DNA from: Escherichia phage vB_EcoM_KWBSE43-6
Length of the DNA stretch: 64,000 nucleotides
Sequence record: NC_048186.1
Reading direction: 5' to 3' (one strand)
The translations under genes and the position numbers were made by a program. This document shows, one piece after another, positions 18,825 to 28,312 of the stretch. The notes under the pieces are model-generated. The model ran no database searches, was not told the DNA's origin, and worked only from the letters and a program-made list of their open reading frames with translations. The number at the start of each line of letters is the position of its first letter. Position 1 is the first letter of the stretch.

Positions 18825-19280
18825 ATGTCGAACATCATCTTACGCAATCCCGGTCATCATTTTGGATACATCCAACTCCCGTTGGTCATCGACACTTTAT
18901 ACCCTGAAGACAAAGAACAGATTTGTTGGTCTCCAGCGGCCCTCATTGAACGAGAGATATTCAAATCAGAAGTGGATGTCATGTACCGGTTTGGGGAAAC
19001 GGGCAAATTGCAATATATGGGCAAGGCCACCGAGTTGCGAACCACCAGAGAACAAAGATTTCTTCGTATTGATACGACAAATTGCGAATTCTTTGTTCTT
19101 CTGAAGGAATATGTGACACGGAATCGCCCGGTTTCCCAGCACCGCCCGTTCTTGTCAAGTTTGCATATTGACAACTTTATCTCTGACGTTCACCTTGTGG
19201 CTTCTACTCTTCACGATGAAGAAACTGGTGTACCAAAGGACACAGTCTTAAATATGGTTGTGATCACATTAGTGGAGTAG
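18825..19280 (+). CDS. Hypothetical protein
   Basis: ORF starting MSNIILRNPGHHF. Confidence 0.4.
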   Translation: MSNIILRNPGHHFGYIQLPLVIDTLYPEDKEQICWSPAALIEREIFKSEVDVMYRFGETGKLQYMGKATELRTTREQRFLRIDTTNCEFFVLLKEYVTRNRPVSQHRPFLSSLHIDNFISDVHLVASTLHDEETGVPKDTVLNMVVITLVE

Positions 19281-19286
19281 GCCGCT

Positions 19287-19646
19287 ATGAGCGATTTAAT
19301 CCTGAATACCCAATTCCGGCTTCCAACGACTTCTCTTCCTTTATTTCAGATAATGAAACAAATGCTAGAAGAAGGATTAGAAATCCCGTTGAAACACAAC
19401 AAAGAAAAGATCGGGCGTTGCCTGAGTTGCTCATTCCAGGATGAAGCATATTGGGCGATGGATTATTCGTTGCAGGCACCAGTGGAAGCCAACACACTGA
19501 TGAAAATAGGTTTCATATTCAATAAGGAACCGCCTGTAAAATTATACGACATCAAGCCTGTGGTGATACAAATCCCTATGGGGAAAGCGACCCGCATGTA
19601 CCTGATATCGTATTTTTCATTCTATGATGTCGTCCCCGGGATTTAG
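19287..19646 (+). CDS. Hypothetical protein
   Basis: 119 aa ORF; converges on gp25 stop. Confidence 0.4.
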   Translation: MSDLILNTQFRLPTTSLPLFQIMKQMLEEGLEIPLKHNKEKIGRCLSCSFQDEAYWAMDYSLQAPVEANTLMKIGFIFNKEPPVKLYDIKPVVIQIPMGKATRMYLISYFSFYDVVPGI

Positions 19647-20023
19647 TTCGTCCTCTGGAGCCACACAGTATCTGTGATAGGCTCTGGATCATTCACGACG
19701 TTAAACGTAATGGTGACTGCCAGGGAATGGTAGTCATCAGACAAAGACACTTCAACGGACTGTAGTTCTGCCCTTGGCTCATAAAGAGCAATCGCATCTT
19801 CAACTTTGTTCTTCACATCTACCTGAATAGTCGGCGTCGTGTTTTCCCCGAGCATCCCATAAAGGCCAGCACCCATGTCTGGTAGAGTTCGCCATTCTCC
19901 TGCCGACGACATAACAATATTCCGGACAGACTGTAACACAGCCCATTTCCCAGATTTCATCGTGACGTCTTTGGTAACAGGATGCATCCCAAATTTTAGG
20001 TCCACATCTTTATAATCTTTCAT
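19643..20023 (-). CDS. Baseplate wedge protein, gp25/GPW family
   Basis: 126 aa; size and pattern match T4 gp25 / P2 gpW lysozyme-like fold; GAGGGAG RBS. Confidence 0.6.
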   Translation of the reverse strand: MKDYKDVDLKFGMHPVTKDVTMKSGKWAVLQSVRNIVMSSAGEWRTLPDMGAGLYGMLGENTTPTIQVDVKNKVEDAIALYEPRAELQSVEVSLSDDYHSLAVTITFNVVNDPEPITDTVWLQRTN

Positions 20024-20086
20024 GTTGAGGCTCCCTCAGCAGCATGGAGAGGCGGATACTGCCTCTCCTGGTGTAATCGTATGGGG

Positions 20087-21697
20087 TTATTGGCTGGAAC
20101 CAAAATTACCGCCATTGTCTTCCAGTTCTGGTTTGATATCGATAGTGCCCGGCCCTGTCGGCGACGCTGGGGTTGCACCACTAAGAGAACTGGCCCGGCC
20201 CGCGCCTTCGGCATATTTGATATTACCGTCGATGGTCTGGGCTACCGTCAATTTGTCAGCGATGATCTCGGACACGAGGATCTTAGGAACCTTCAACGTA
20301 CCTGACACTTCTAACATCTGACAAACGATACGGAAAATATTCTGCGCCTGGATTTCGGCAAGCTGAGAATATTTCATCAAAGATGTCCCGGCAACCACGT
20401 GTGAATGATTGCTGGAATGCAGATGATAAACTTCGCCTGTCTTGCGCTGAACTTCCGTCCCACCAACGGTCAGGTTATGGTCACGACCGACATAATATCT
20501 TTTGTCGAACATCGCAATATCATAGTGGTCTTTTACTGATTTATTGACCACGTCACCATTCGGTAACATTTGTTTATAGGAACCCGATTGGTGCATCCAG
20601 TGGAGACGCTCACCACCAGGCGTATCGTCTACTTCCATAATGTGACCAGAACGGGAAGCCATAACATTGTTGTATGGATACACCGAACCGCCAGCAGATG
20701 GAACTATGGTTTCGCCTGTGTTATCAATATCCTGTACTCGACCAGATGGTGGCGGGGTCTCTTGTACTTTTGGGGTGCGATCAGGAATAGGTTCAGACCA
20801 TTTGCTGTTTTGCTGTGCTGGAGCAGCTGCTGTCGTGTTCGCTGGGCCGGGCCAACGATAACCCAAAACCGAAGAACGACTGAAACGGCTGACTTTCACG
20901 CTGTCAGATTGGTTGCCCCCAAGGCACCATACATAATTCGCATCAAACTTCTGAACAAATGCGACATGACCAAAAGTCGGGTTGTTCCCCCGGCGGAATA
21001 CGACCACTGCTCCATATCTTGGTTCAGACAAAGGAGAACCCCATTGAAGATATGAACGGGCCAAAGCAGATCGTGTAGACGTGAACCCAGCCTGGAGGAG
21101 AACCCAACCAACGAATGCAGCACACCAACTCACTTCGTCTTCAGATGCTCCAAGAGAAGTGGTTTTGTGATATTCTACAATCCTTGGGTTGTTGTTGAAT
21201 TTACCAGCATATTCCTTCACCCCCAATTCGCCTCGGGCGACAGTCATCCATTTTTCAGGATCATACCCATCTTTGGGCGGCTCTGGGTCAGGTTGAGGTT
21301 CGTCTTCTATTTTTACAGGAACATCTGTAACAGCATTATATTTTTGACGTTCAATAGATTGCACAACCTGACCGAGTGCCAATGGGTTAGTGTCAGAACC
21401 ATTAACCTGGTTGGCTGCTGGCCACACCCACGCTATTCTCAAATTCTGGTATGCTTCGTCAAGGGCGAACCCCATGACTTCACTGTTGACGGTAATGCCA
21501 GTCGGAGACCAGCCTAAACCTGCCGAGGACGCATTTGTTGCAGGCATCATGAGCACAGCCCATGGTAACAGCTCAGTAGGCAGTAGAGTAGTGTCTTGGG
21601 TGTGTACGCCGTATACACGGACGGCAACGCGCCCGTTTTCTTCGGGATCATTCACGTCTTCAACGCGCCCATAAAACCAACGCATATTTTCTAACAT
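20087..21697 (-). CDS. Baseplate central spike (T4 gp5-like) with embedded CHAP/NlpC-P60-like peptidoglycan hydrolase domain
   Basis: N-terminal WFYGRVEDVNDPEENGRVAVRVYGVHT resembles gp5 OB-fold; central WCAAFVGW ... GHVAFV Cys/His hydrolase block; start taken at ATG 21697 (track ORF begins at TTG 21709). Confidence 0.7.
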   Translation of the reverse strand: MLENMRWFYGRVEDVNDPEENGRVAVRVYGVHTQDTTLLPTELLPWAVLMMPATNASSAGLGWSPTGITVNSEVMGFALDEAYQNLRIAWVWPAANQVNGSDTNPLALGQVVQSIERQKYNAVTDVPVKIEDEPQPDPEPPKDGYDPEKWMTVARGELGVKEYAGKFNNNPRIVEYHKTTSLGASEDEVSWCAAFVGWVLLQAGFTSTRSALARSYLQWGSPLSEPRYGAVVVFRRGNNPTFGHVAFVQKFDANYVWCLGGNQSDSVKVSRFSRSSVLGYRWPGPANTTAAAPAQQNSKWSEPIPDRTPKVQETPPPSGRVQDIDNTGETIVPSAGGSVYPYNNVMASRSGHIMEVDDTPGGERLHWMHQSGSYKQMLPNGDVVNKSVKDHYDIAMFDKRYYVGRDHNLTVGGTEVQRKTGEVYHLHSSNHSHVVAGTSLMKYSQLAEIQAQNIFRIVCQMLEVSGTLKVPKILVSEIIADKLTVAQTIDGNIKYAEGAGRASSLSGATPASPTGPGTIDIKPELEDNGGNFGSSQ

Positions 21698-21730
21698 AGT
21701 GATGTCCAAATGTGTAGAGGATGTTGAAGA

Positions 21731-21738
21731 TATTTATG
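21731..21738 (-). promoter_or_regulatory. Possible late promoter variant (CATAAATA) upstream of gp5-like gene
   Basis: One mismatch from TATAAATA, 34 nt upstream of ATG 21697. Confidence 0.3.
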
Positions 21739-22026
21739 CTCTGTCGAATATAATATTATAGGATGCGTCAGCATCCGTTGTATTTGATTTATTTCAACTC
21801 GCGTTGCTCGTGAAAGACCGTCTTACGCAGACAGCGCCCTTCCAATGCCAGGGAGGCATAAGGCGAGGAAACAACCATACAGCACAGAATGTCCGTAGAA
21901 AAACGATTTTTTATTCCATCCTGAACATTCAATAGCTTAGAAGCCAGGAGTTTGTTCAGGAACAACGACATTATAAGAAATTGCGTTCAAGAAACAACTA
22001 ATAGACCTGTAAAACAAATAAGCAAT

Positions 22027-22060
22027 AAAAACCCCGCTCATGCGGGGTTTTGGTTCTTTT
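22027..22060. terminator. Bidirectional terminator hairpin (AAAACCCCGC TCAT GCGGGGTTTT)
   Basis: GC stem flanked by A-run and T-run, so works on either strand. Confidence 0.5.
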
Positions 22061-22198
22061 TAGCAAGACGAGCTTTCAATGTCTCTGTAAGCATATCAAG
22101 ATGCCAGGGCATTGATTCGCTTATTTCAAATATGCTATAGCCTTGTGACTTCAATTCGTCACACATCACGAAGTAGGATAATAAATCAATTTCAAAAA

Positions 22199-23002
22199 TT
22201 AAATGAAAATCTCTTCAAGACTATTAAATTCGATCTTATGCTCTTTACCGCAACCAGGACACTTAATCTTGGTTTCAAAATGGATGCGCGGTATTTTGGC
22301 AAAGAAATCGTCTTTAATTTTCTGGATAATATCCGTTTCCAGGTTATCGCCAACCCATTGTACAAACTCATCACGAGTTTTCTTACGAGCAACTGCTACC
22401 TGAGGATCAATACCCGGTTCATTAGGATCATCAAACCGCCAAACCTGACCGTCATCGTCATACAAACAATCGATGAATGTAGCAATGCTCTCTTCGATAG
22501 AAACCACTTTCTGAAGCACTCCAGCATCAGAGAAGGATGGTTGACGCATCTTGATGTGATAGCCCCCAGGAAGGTCGAAACACTCTGTGAAACCTTCCAC
22601 GCCCCGCGCTGCCACCTTGTCCAGGGGGATAGGCACAACGAGTTCTTGACCGCATGCTTCTAAATTGTCCCCAGGATAATCAGGATCAACCGAAGGAACT
22701 TTGATCTGATTGTTGCATTTGTATCGGATTTTCATAACTTCGCCGATTGATATACAACGCATCCGAAGGAAAACTTCTTCTACAACACCGATTGGGAGTT
22801 TGGCAAATGGAACCCCAGCGTCTACACAAGACGAAAATAATGATTCCATCGTTGCGATACGTTCATCATCAGGAGTGTTTGGGTCAGCCACCTGAAGTAA
22901 AGAAGTTTGTTGCCCCGCAGTAAACGCGCGATACTTGATGACAGTAGGCCAAAATTGGCTTTTGAGCGTTCTTTCTGTACGAGGCAATGATGGTAAATTC
23001 AT
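22199..23002 (-). CDS. Late protein with C-terminal zinc ribbon (possible baseplate hub-associated protein)
   Basis: 267 aa; C-terminal CPGCGKEH; preceded on - strand by exact TATAAATA; functional assignment tentative. Confidence 0.5.
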   Translation of the reverse strand: MNLPSLPRTERTLKSQFWPTVIKYRAFTAGQQTSLLQVADPNTPDDERIATMESLFSSCVDAGVPFAKLPIGVVEEVFLRMRCISIGEVMKIRYKCNNQIKVPSVDPDYPGDNLEACGQELVVPIPLDKVAARGVEGFTECFDLPGGYHIKMRQPSFSDAGVLQKVVSIEESIATFIDCLYDDDGQVWRFDDPNEPGIDPQVAVARKKTRDEFVQWVGDNLETDIIQKIKDDFFAKIPRIHFETKIKCPGCGKEHKIEFNSLEEIFI

Positions 23003-23031
23003 AATGTATCTCCACGGTATATTGTACAGAT

Positions 23032-23039
23032 ATTTATAG
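23032..23039 (-). promoter_or_regulatory. T4-type late promoter motif TATAAATA
   Basis: Exact motif on - strand 30 nt upstream of ATG 23002. Confidence 0.45.
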
Positions 23040-23051
23040 TGAGGAACGAAA

Positions 23052-23582
23052 ATGCATGGTTTCTGTTTTAGCCAGATCGGGGAGCAATTGACAATACTTC
23101 ATCCTGATGCTGGTACTGATTTCTATTTATTCCTGTCGGATTATGCGAGACATTTGGGTGTAGATACTATAGCAATGTCTAAAGATGATATGAAATTTGG
23201 TAAACTGGGGACAAAAGATTTATTGAGATATGGATTCAATGTCATTGTCGTGGATCCTGTCTATAGTCCTATTCAGGATGAAGATGTTATACCCGTGGGT
23301 GTACACAGGAATATTGAAACATTACACAAATACTATCCCGATTGCATTGTGATCGGGGAGATCATTCCGTATTTTCATAAAAGAAGACGCCTTCAAACGA
23401 TTAAAAGTTATTTTCAAGAAGGCCAAGCGTCCGTTATTATGGATGTCCTCACAAGTGGTTGGGTTGTTAAAAGTACGACTGGTAATAGTCAACAAATCAA
23501 TTCCCGTGTATATGAATATGTGAAAGAACGAGACTACGAACTGGAGAATAGTAATGCAAAACGAAAAACGCGCCGATCTTGA
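23052..23582 (+). CDS. Hypothetical protein (AT-rich)
   Basis: 176 aa ORF. Confidence 0.4.
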   Translation: MHGFCFSQIGEQLTILHPDAGTDFYLFLSDYARHLGVDTIAMSKDDMKFGKLGTKDLLRYGFNVIVVDPVYSPIQDEDVIPVGVHRNIETLHKYYPDCIVIGEIIPYFHKRRRLQTIKSYFQEGQASVIMDVLTSGWVVKSTTGNSQQINSRVYEYVKERDYELENSNAKRKTRRS

Positions 23583-24042
23583 GCAGTTGAAAACAGTTAT
23601 CATCAATCGCCTAAAGGCCGTCGTAACCAACGAGAAAGGTGAAGTTGCGCCAGGGTTTGAAGGTATTTTCGATGAATTCCAAAACGACGACATGGGTAAT
23701 CCGGTCATCCAAACCGTCGCTGGGATGATCATGATCGATAAAGAAATCCTGGAAAGCGGTTCTGTTCGTTATTCACCGAACATGGGTGTTGAAGCCGAAT
23801 CCCTCTGTTCCGAAGTGATGGACATTAACGAAGCTATCAGTGAAATCGGGTACAAACTGCTTATCTGTACCGGCCATTATGTGGATCCTCAGGGGCAGAT
23901 CGCTTATGGTGACGAAGCACGTAAAGTGAAACGCCACGTTGAAACTAGCGTTTTGCTGAACACCATCCGTGAGATGCAGAAAGAGCAGGAAAGCATCAAG
24001 CCGCGTCTGATCCTGCCGGATAGCAAAATCGTCACCCGATAA
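23554..24042 (+). CDS. Hypothetical protein
   Basis: 162 aa ORF overlapping upstream end. Confidence 0.4.
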   Translation: MQNEKRADLEQLKTVIINRLKAVVTNEKGEVAPGFEGIFDEFQNDDMGNPVIQTVAGMIMIDKEILESGSVRYSPNMGVEAESLCSEVMDINEAISEIGYKLLICTGHYVDPQGQIAYGDEARKVKRHVETSVLLNTIREMQKEQESIKPRLILPDSKIVTR

Positions 24043-24093
24043 ATCGGTCTAAATACCCATAACACCAATGAAACTATGTTATGGGTATTTTTA

Positions 24094-24692
24094 TGAAATA
24101 TTGCGGAATTGACTACTCTTATGGTTGCCCAGCGATTTGTGTCTGGGACGACAAAGATCCTTTGGAATTTAATTCCCTTCGCTTCTATGCGTATTACACT
24201 GTAGACAAATATTGTCGCCCTATTCGACCGAACATCAGCATTATGAAGCAACCTGCATATTCCTCCCCTGAAGAAAGATTCTATAACATTTCCAAATGGG
24301 CAGAAGCTGTTCTTCTTACAGAGAAACCTGATTTCATTACCCTCGAGGGTTATGCGATGGGCAACTCTAAGAACTCCAACAACATATGCCAAACCGCTGA
24401 GAACACTTCTCTTTTGAAGCAAGCAATGCGCCGTAATAATATGGAATTCCAGATAATCACTCCTTCTTATACCAAAAAGAATTTCACGGGTGAGGGCACT
24501 GCTGACAAACTTACTATGATAGCCCACTTCGAGAAGCTGTTCAACGTTAACATGCGCGGTATAATGGATATGTTGGAAGTTAAAGATCCGAAGCCAATCG
24601 ATGATCTTGTCGATGGGTTTGCCAATATGGTAGGCGGTTCTGCTTTCAAAGAGAATCATCCCGAATTTAATTCTGAGGTGCACAATGGTTGA
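24094..24692 (+). CDS. RuvC-family Holliday junction resolvase-like protein
   Basis: GIDYSYG (catalytic Asp block), ITLEGYAMG (Glu block), TKKNFTGEGTADK resembling RuvC QVKQAVVGNGRADK, C-terminal DDLVDGFA acidic block. Confidence 0.55.
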
Positions 24693-24981
24693 TTATTGGT
24701 TATTGGCGAATATTATCACGTTCGCATTATTAATGGCGACGGCGTTCGTTTGGTTAAAGGCGATGCTGACATTCTTGTCTTCGTTGGCGATGCAAATATC
24801 GTATTATTCCGTGACACCGCATGAAGACCAGAATATTCGGGCTGCACAACAGAGCGAATATCTGTCCAAATATGTTCATTTACGCGAACGCTCGGTCACA
24901 ATCGTTCTGTTTTCCACAATGCTGTTTGCGGTTATCTTATTTGTACGATATGTAATGGAGGCCATCCATGCCGTTCTATGA
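24685..24981 (+). CDS. Small membrane protein (2-3 TM helices)
   Basis: Hydrophobic segments LLANIITFALLMATAFVWL and FSTMLFAVILFV. Confidence 0.4.
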   Translation: MVDYWLLANIITFALLMATAFVWLKAMLTFLSSLAMQISYYSVTPHEDQNIRAAQQSEYLSKYVHLRERSVTIVLFSTMLFAVILFVRYVMEAIHAVL

Positions 24982-25213
24982 TTATGCGTGCAAAGGCTGT
25001 GGTCATTCTTTCAGCCAGCGCAAGACCTGTGCTGAGCGCCATACTCCTGAACTTGATCCCTGCAGCGAATGTGGTGGTCAGATTTCTATGGTAATTGGCG
25101 CTCCCAAAATCGTTTCCGGTGTCCGTGGTCCTCAATCTGCTCCGGACGGGTTCAAAGATGTTCTTCGGCAGATCAAGAAGACATCGGGTAAGGGGAACAC
25201 AATCGATGTCTGA
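24968..25213 (+). CDS. FmdB-family zinc-ribbon protein
   Basis: MPFYDYACKGCGHSF ... CSECGG, the classic FmdB N-terminal signature. Confidence 0.5.
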   Translation: MPFYDYACKGCGHSFSQRKTCAERHTPELDPCSECGGQISMVIGAPKIVSGVRGPQSAPDGFKDVLRQIKKTSGKGNTIDV

Positions 25214-25448
25214 CGGACAAATCGCTCAGGTGTTGACGCCTGATTCATTTTCAGAGATGGTATTGATGCGCGCGCAGACCACCAGGGAAAGCCTCCTGGA
25301 AACAATGGCCAGCGTGTGCGAAGAGTATGATATCGAGGAATCTAAGATTCGCAAGATGATTACACCGCCTCTGTTATCCCGTTTAACAGCTGAGTGCGCT
25401 GATGCTCGTTTGTTGAAAGGTGAACTGAAATCCAAGAAAATTTTATAG
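25208..25448 (+). CDS. Hypothetical protein
   Basis: ORF starting MSDGQIAQ. Confidence 0.35.
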
Positions 25449-25457
25449 GTTGTTAAA

Positions 25458-25697
25458 ATGACTAAAGAACAAGTCTACAAATTGATTAAGGCCCAAGGCT
25501 TCTTGCCTGGTGTTACCCGCTGGCGTGTGGGTAGTCTTAACGAGCACGAAGACCAAACTGACCGGATCAAATTCACGACTCCGGAAGGCGGTGTGTATGT
25601 CGTGGAATACCACACTCACACCGATGCCAAACGCACTTTGTCTGACGTGTTCGATATTATTGAGATTAACCCGAAAGAACAATTACTTCGCGGTTAA
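25458..25697 (+). CDS. Hypothetical protein
   Basis: 79 aa ORF. Confidence 0.4.
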   Translation: MTKEQVYKLIKAQGFLPGVTRWRVGSLNEHEDQTDRIKFTTPEGGVYVVEYHTHTDAKRTLSDVFDIIEINPKEQLLRG

Positions 25698-25794
25698 ATC
25701 AATCAAATATGCGGGGGTATAATTACTCCCGCTGTGAAAGAAATTATTGTGTACAGAATAGCCCCCTGGGGCGATACTATCGAGGAAAGAAAGA

Positions 25795-26841
25795 ATGTCT
25801 AGCTTATTTGATCGTCTGAAGCAATCCCGTGGTCAGCAATCTGATGCTCTGCAAAAACGTCTGGAACAACAGGGCCAGCGTTCGGCTGCAGCAAAGGATC
25901 CGCGTATCTGGAAATGGACCTGGAACAAGGAAGGTATTTCCGAAAACATCATCCGTTTTCTCCCTATCCCGCTGGTAGATCTGAAAGCACAGGAAGAAGG
26001 CAAGATCGATGCTGAGCAGATTCTTACTCCGGTTGCGATGATCATGCGTCATTCCTTCCAAGGTAAGGGCGGCTGGTACATCGAAAACTCTCCTCAGACC
26101 TTCGGCCACGAAGATCCGGTGCGTGATCATGATCGCCCGCTGTGGGCACAACAAAAAGAGACCAAAGACGAAAAACTGAAAGAGGTTCTCAAAGATCGTC
26201 TCCCGAACACCAAGTATTATGCCAACGTTCTGGTGATCAAGGATGTTAATTCCCCAGAAAACAACGGCAAAGTATTCTTGCTGGAATTCGGCCCGGCGAT
26301 TAAGAAATTTTTAGACGCGGCCCAGAACCCGAAATTCGCTACTGATCCGAAGTTTGATCCGTTTGATATGTGGGGCGGCGCCAACCTGATTCTTAACCTG
26401 GTTGGTGAGAAACGTAAATTCGGCAATTGGGAAGGTCTGGTGCCGGTCATGGATAACGTGAAATGGGATGCGGTTTCTTCCCTGGGCGGCGAAGGTGAAG
26501 AAGGCGACAAGTACAAAGAAGACATCTGGGAAAAAGAACACAGCCTGTTTGAGTTCTTCAACCCGGCCAACTTCAAATCGTACGAAGAACTGGAAAAGCG
26601 TCTGCGTAAAGCCCTGGCTATCCCGGACAGCCAGCCACTGGTAGAAAGTGGCGCAGCAACTGTCGCTACGGCTCCGGTGCATCAGGAACCGCAACGCCCG
26701 ACGGCCCAGGATAGCCTGAACCAGCAGCAGTCTCAGCCGTCGCAAGCGCAGCAGAGCGTTCAGACTCCTTCTTCTACTGGCGCTGATGCTAAGCATACGT
26801 CGTCTCTGGACGAGTTCGAGCAATTCCTGAAACGTGAATAA
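25795..26841 (+). CDS. Single-stranded DNA-binding protein (T4 gp32-like)
   Basis: 348 aa; blocks IIRFLP, YYANVLVIKDVNSPENNGKVF and MWGGANLILNL parallel T4 gp32 (IRFLP, [31 protein letters not shown]); Q/S-rich C-terminal tail. Confidence 0.85.
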   Translation: MSSLFDRLKQSRGQQSDALQKRLEQQGQRSAAAKDPRIWKWTWNKEGISENIIRFLPIPLVDLKAQEEGKIDAEQILTPVAMIMRHSFQGKGGWYIENSPQTFGHEDPVRDHDRPLWAQQKETKDEKLKEVLKDRLPNTKYYANVLVIKDVNSPENNGKVFLLEFGPAIKKFLDAAQNPKFATDPKFDPFDMWGGANLILNLVGEKRKFGNWEGLVPVMDNVKWDAVSSLGGEGEEGDKYKEDIWEKEHSLFEFFNPANFKSYEELEKRLRKALAIPDSQPLVESGAATVATAPVHQEPQRPTAQDSLNQQQSQPSQAQQSVQTPSSTGADAKHTSSLDEFEQFLKRE

Positions 26842-26847
26842 CAACAC

Positions 26848-26872
26848 AAAGCCCCTTCGGGGGCTTTATTGA
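26848..26872 (+). terminator. Intrinsic terminator (AAGCCCC TTCG GGGGCTT)
   Basis: GC stem + TATTGAG. Confidence 0.6.
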
Positions 26873-26883
26873 GATCCTATATC

Positions 26884-27288
26884 ATGAAACCTTTATTTTC
26901 TAAAATTTTCCCAACGTTGTTGTTTATACTGACCTTTGTATCCCTGGTTTCCGGTTATGTCGATATCGGAATCCCACCATTTGATGGTCTTGGGGTTGCG
27001 ATAATTTACGTCAACATCGCGGTATTGGTTCTGGCATCTGCATTTTTGTTGTTTACATTGGCAGAAGGTGGCAAAAGCATTTTGGGACAAGAAAAAATAT
27101 TGGGTGGGAAGGCATCATATGCCTGGCGTAATGCAAAGTCAGCGATCATATTCATTACAGCAGCGCTGTCTGGGCATGTTCTCGCTGCTGTGTTGTTTGC
27201 CATCGCAATTGTTATCTATCGGGGATTTGAATATACCGCCCGCCTAGAATACAAAAAGTTGACTACCGTAAGTGGTAACGACAAATAA
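26884..27288 (+). CDS. Membrane protein (multiple TM helices)
   Basis: Several hydrophobic segments. Confidence 0.45.
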   Translation: MKPLFSKIFPTLLFILTFVSLVSGYVDIGIPPFDGLGVAIIYVNIAVLVLASAFLLFTLAEGGKSILGQEKILGGKASYAWRNAKSAIIFITAALSGHVLAAVLFAIAIVIYRGFEYTARLEYKKLTTVSGNDK

Positions 27289-27289
27289 G

Positions 27290-27318
27290 AAAAGCCCCTT
27301 TCGGGGGCTTTTTAATTA
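27290..27318. terminator. Bidirectional terminator (AAAAGCCCC TTTC GGGGGCTTTT) between convergent genes
   Basis: GC stem flanked by A/T runs on both sides. Confidence 0.6.
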
Positions 27319-28259
27319 CTGCCGACTCTCTCCAACATCCCCAACAGACTACTCTTTTCAGATGCCGTCAGGTTGTCATTGCCGAGAATATCCCTCCGGA
27401 TGCCGATAGAGATGCGCTCGAAGTCGGCCAGGCTTATTCCCGCCATATTGTTTACCAATTGATCGAGTTGCTTGTAGGCAAGAAGGGCTTCACCCGTGAA
27501 GTTACCTTGCTCGAGCTTCTTATAAAGCTGCCCGGCTTTTGACGCAGCGGTTTCCCAATCTCCGGAAGCAAGAGCATCAGCAATACCCAGAGGAAGAAAG
27601 TCGCTGGCGAGGCTGCGTGTTTCATATTCTGTCTCCGATAGGACTTTGTTGTATGAGAATGAAATATTGTATTGGTTAAATTGATCTGTGGCACCTTTGT
27701 CAAGTTCAATAGACGAGAAGTTTACAGGATGCGCTTCAACAATATAAACCCGATGGACAACCTGATCTTCTGTGTCCAATTGTTCAATGCAAATATCGGT
27801 TACAAAATCTTCGTAATATCCCATCTTTGTGGTAAGAGGATCGAAGATTAAATTCTTCCATTTGTCCATAACAGACTTTTCATAATAGTCATTGGCCAAA
27901 AGGAATGAGAGTTCCAAATCAACATTTGATTTGTTATTCGGCATTTTGATATGGTTGCCGTTATTATTCATAGGTGTCGTGTCGATACCGACGCCAGGTA
28001 ATGAAGCGACCATACACATCATTTGGAGAGAACGGGAGGTTTGGTTTGTCCCTCCAAAGAATGCGTTTACGATACGCGCTGTGGAACGGAACAAGTCACC
28101 AAATGATGTTGTATCTGAGGTGTACGCTTGACCATCATTGGCTAATGTAGCATTAGAGTCAAAGATGCCTGCAGGCAATGGGATAGTCACCTGGAATCTG
28201 TTCTTCCTCGACAGACCGCGCTGCAACATCTGTGTAATAAAATTGCGATAGTCTTCCAC
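27312..28259 (-). CDS. Baseplate/tail-tube junction protein, gp19 tube family (T4 gp54/gp48-like)
   Basis: NRFQVTIPLPAG resembles the gp19-family N-terminal block (NLFQV...LPAG); about 315 aa as for gp54; start taken at GTG 28259 (GGAG RBS, downstream of late promoter); track ORF extends to TTG 28319. Confidence 0.5.
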   Translation of the reverse strand: MEDYRNFITQMLQRGLSRKNRFQVTIPLPAGIFDSNATLANDGQAYTSDTTSFGDLFRSTARIVNAFFGGTNQTSRSLQMMCMVASLPGVGIDTTPMNNNGNHIKMPNNKSNVDLELSFLLANDYYEKSVMDKWKNLIFDPLTTKMGYYEDFVTDICIEQLDTEDQVVHRVYIVEAHPVNFSSIELDKGATDQFNQYNISFSYNKVLSETEYETRSLASDFLPLGIADALASGDWETAASKAGQLYKKLEQGNFTGEALLAYKQLDQLVNNMAGISLADFERISIGIRRDILGNDNLTASEKSSLLGMLERVGSN

Positions 28260-28294
28260 GATGAGGACTCCACTTAAATAATAGATCTGAAGGT

Positions 28295-28302
28295 ATTTAT
28301 AG
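28295..28302 (-). promoter_or_regulatory. T4-type late promoter motif TATAAATA
   Basis: Exact motif on - strand about 35 nt upstream of proposed GTG start. Confidence 0.45.
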
Positions 28303-28312
28303 GAGTTGACAA

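Noticed and set aside
22060-22190. Possible 42-aa - strand ORF between the bidirectional terminator and the late gene
   Set aside because: No convincing RBS and a stop codon embedded in the hairpin loop; likely non-coding leader or trailer
22112-22663. 183-aa + strand ORF overlapping the - strand late gene 22199-23002
   Set aside because: The - strand gene has an exact late promoter and RBS; the + frame has no start signals
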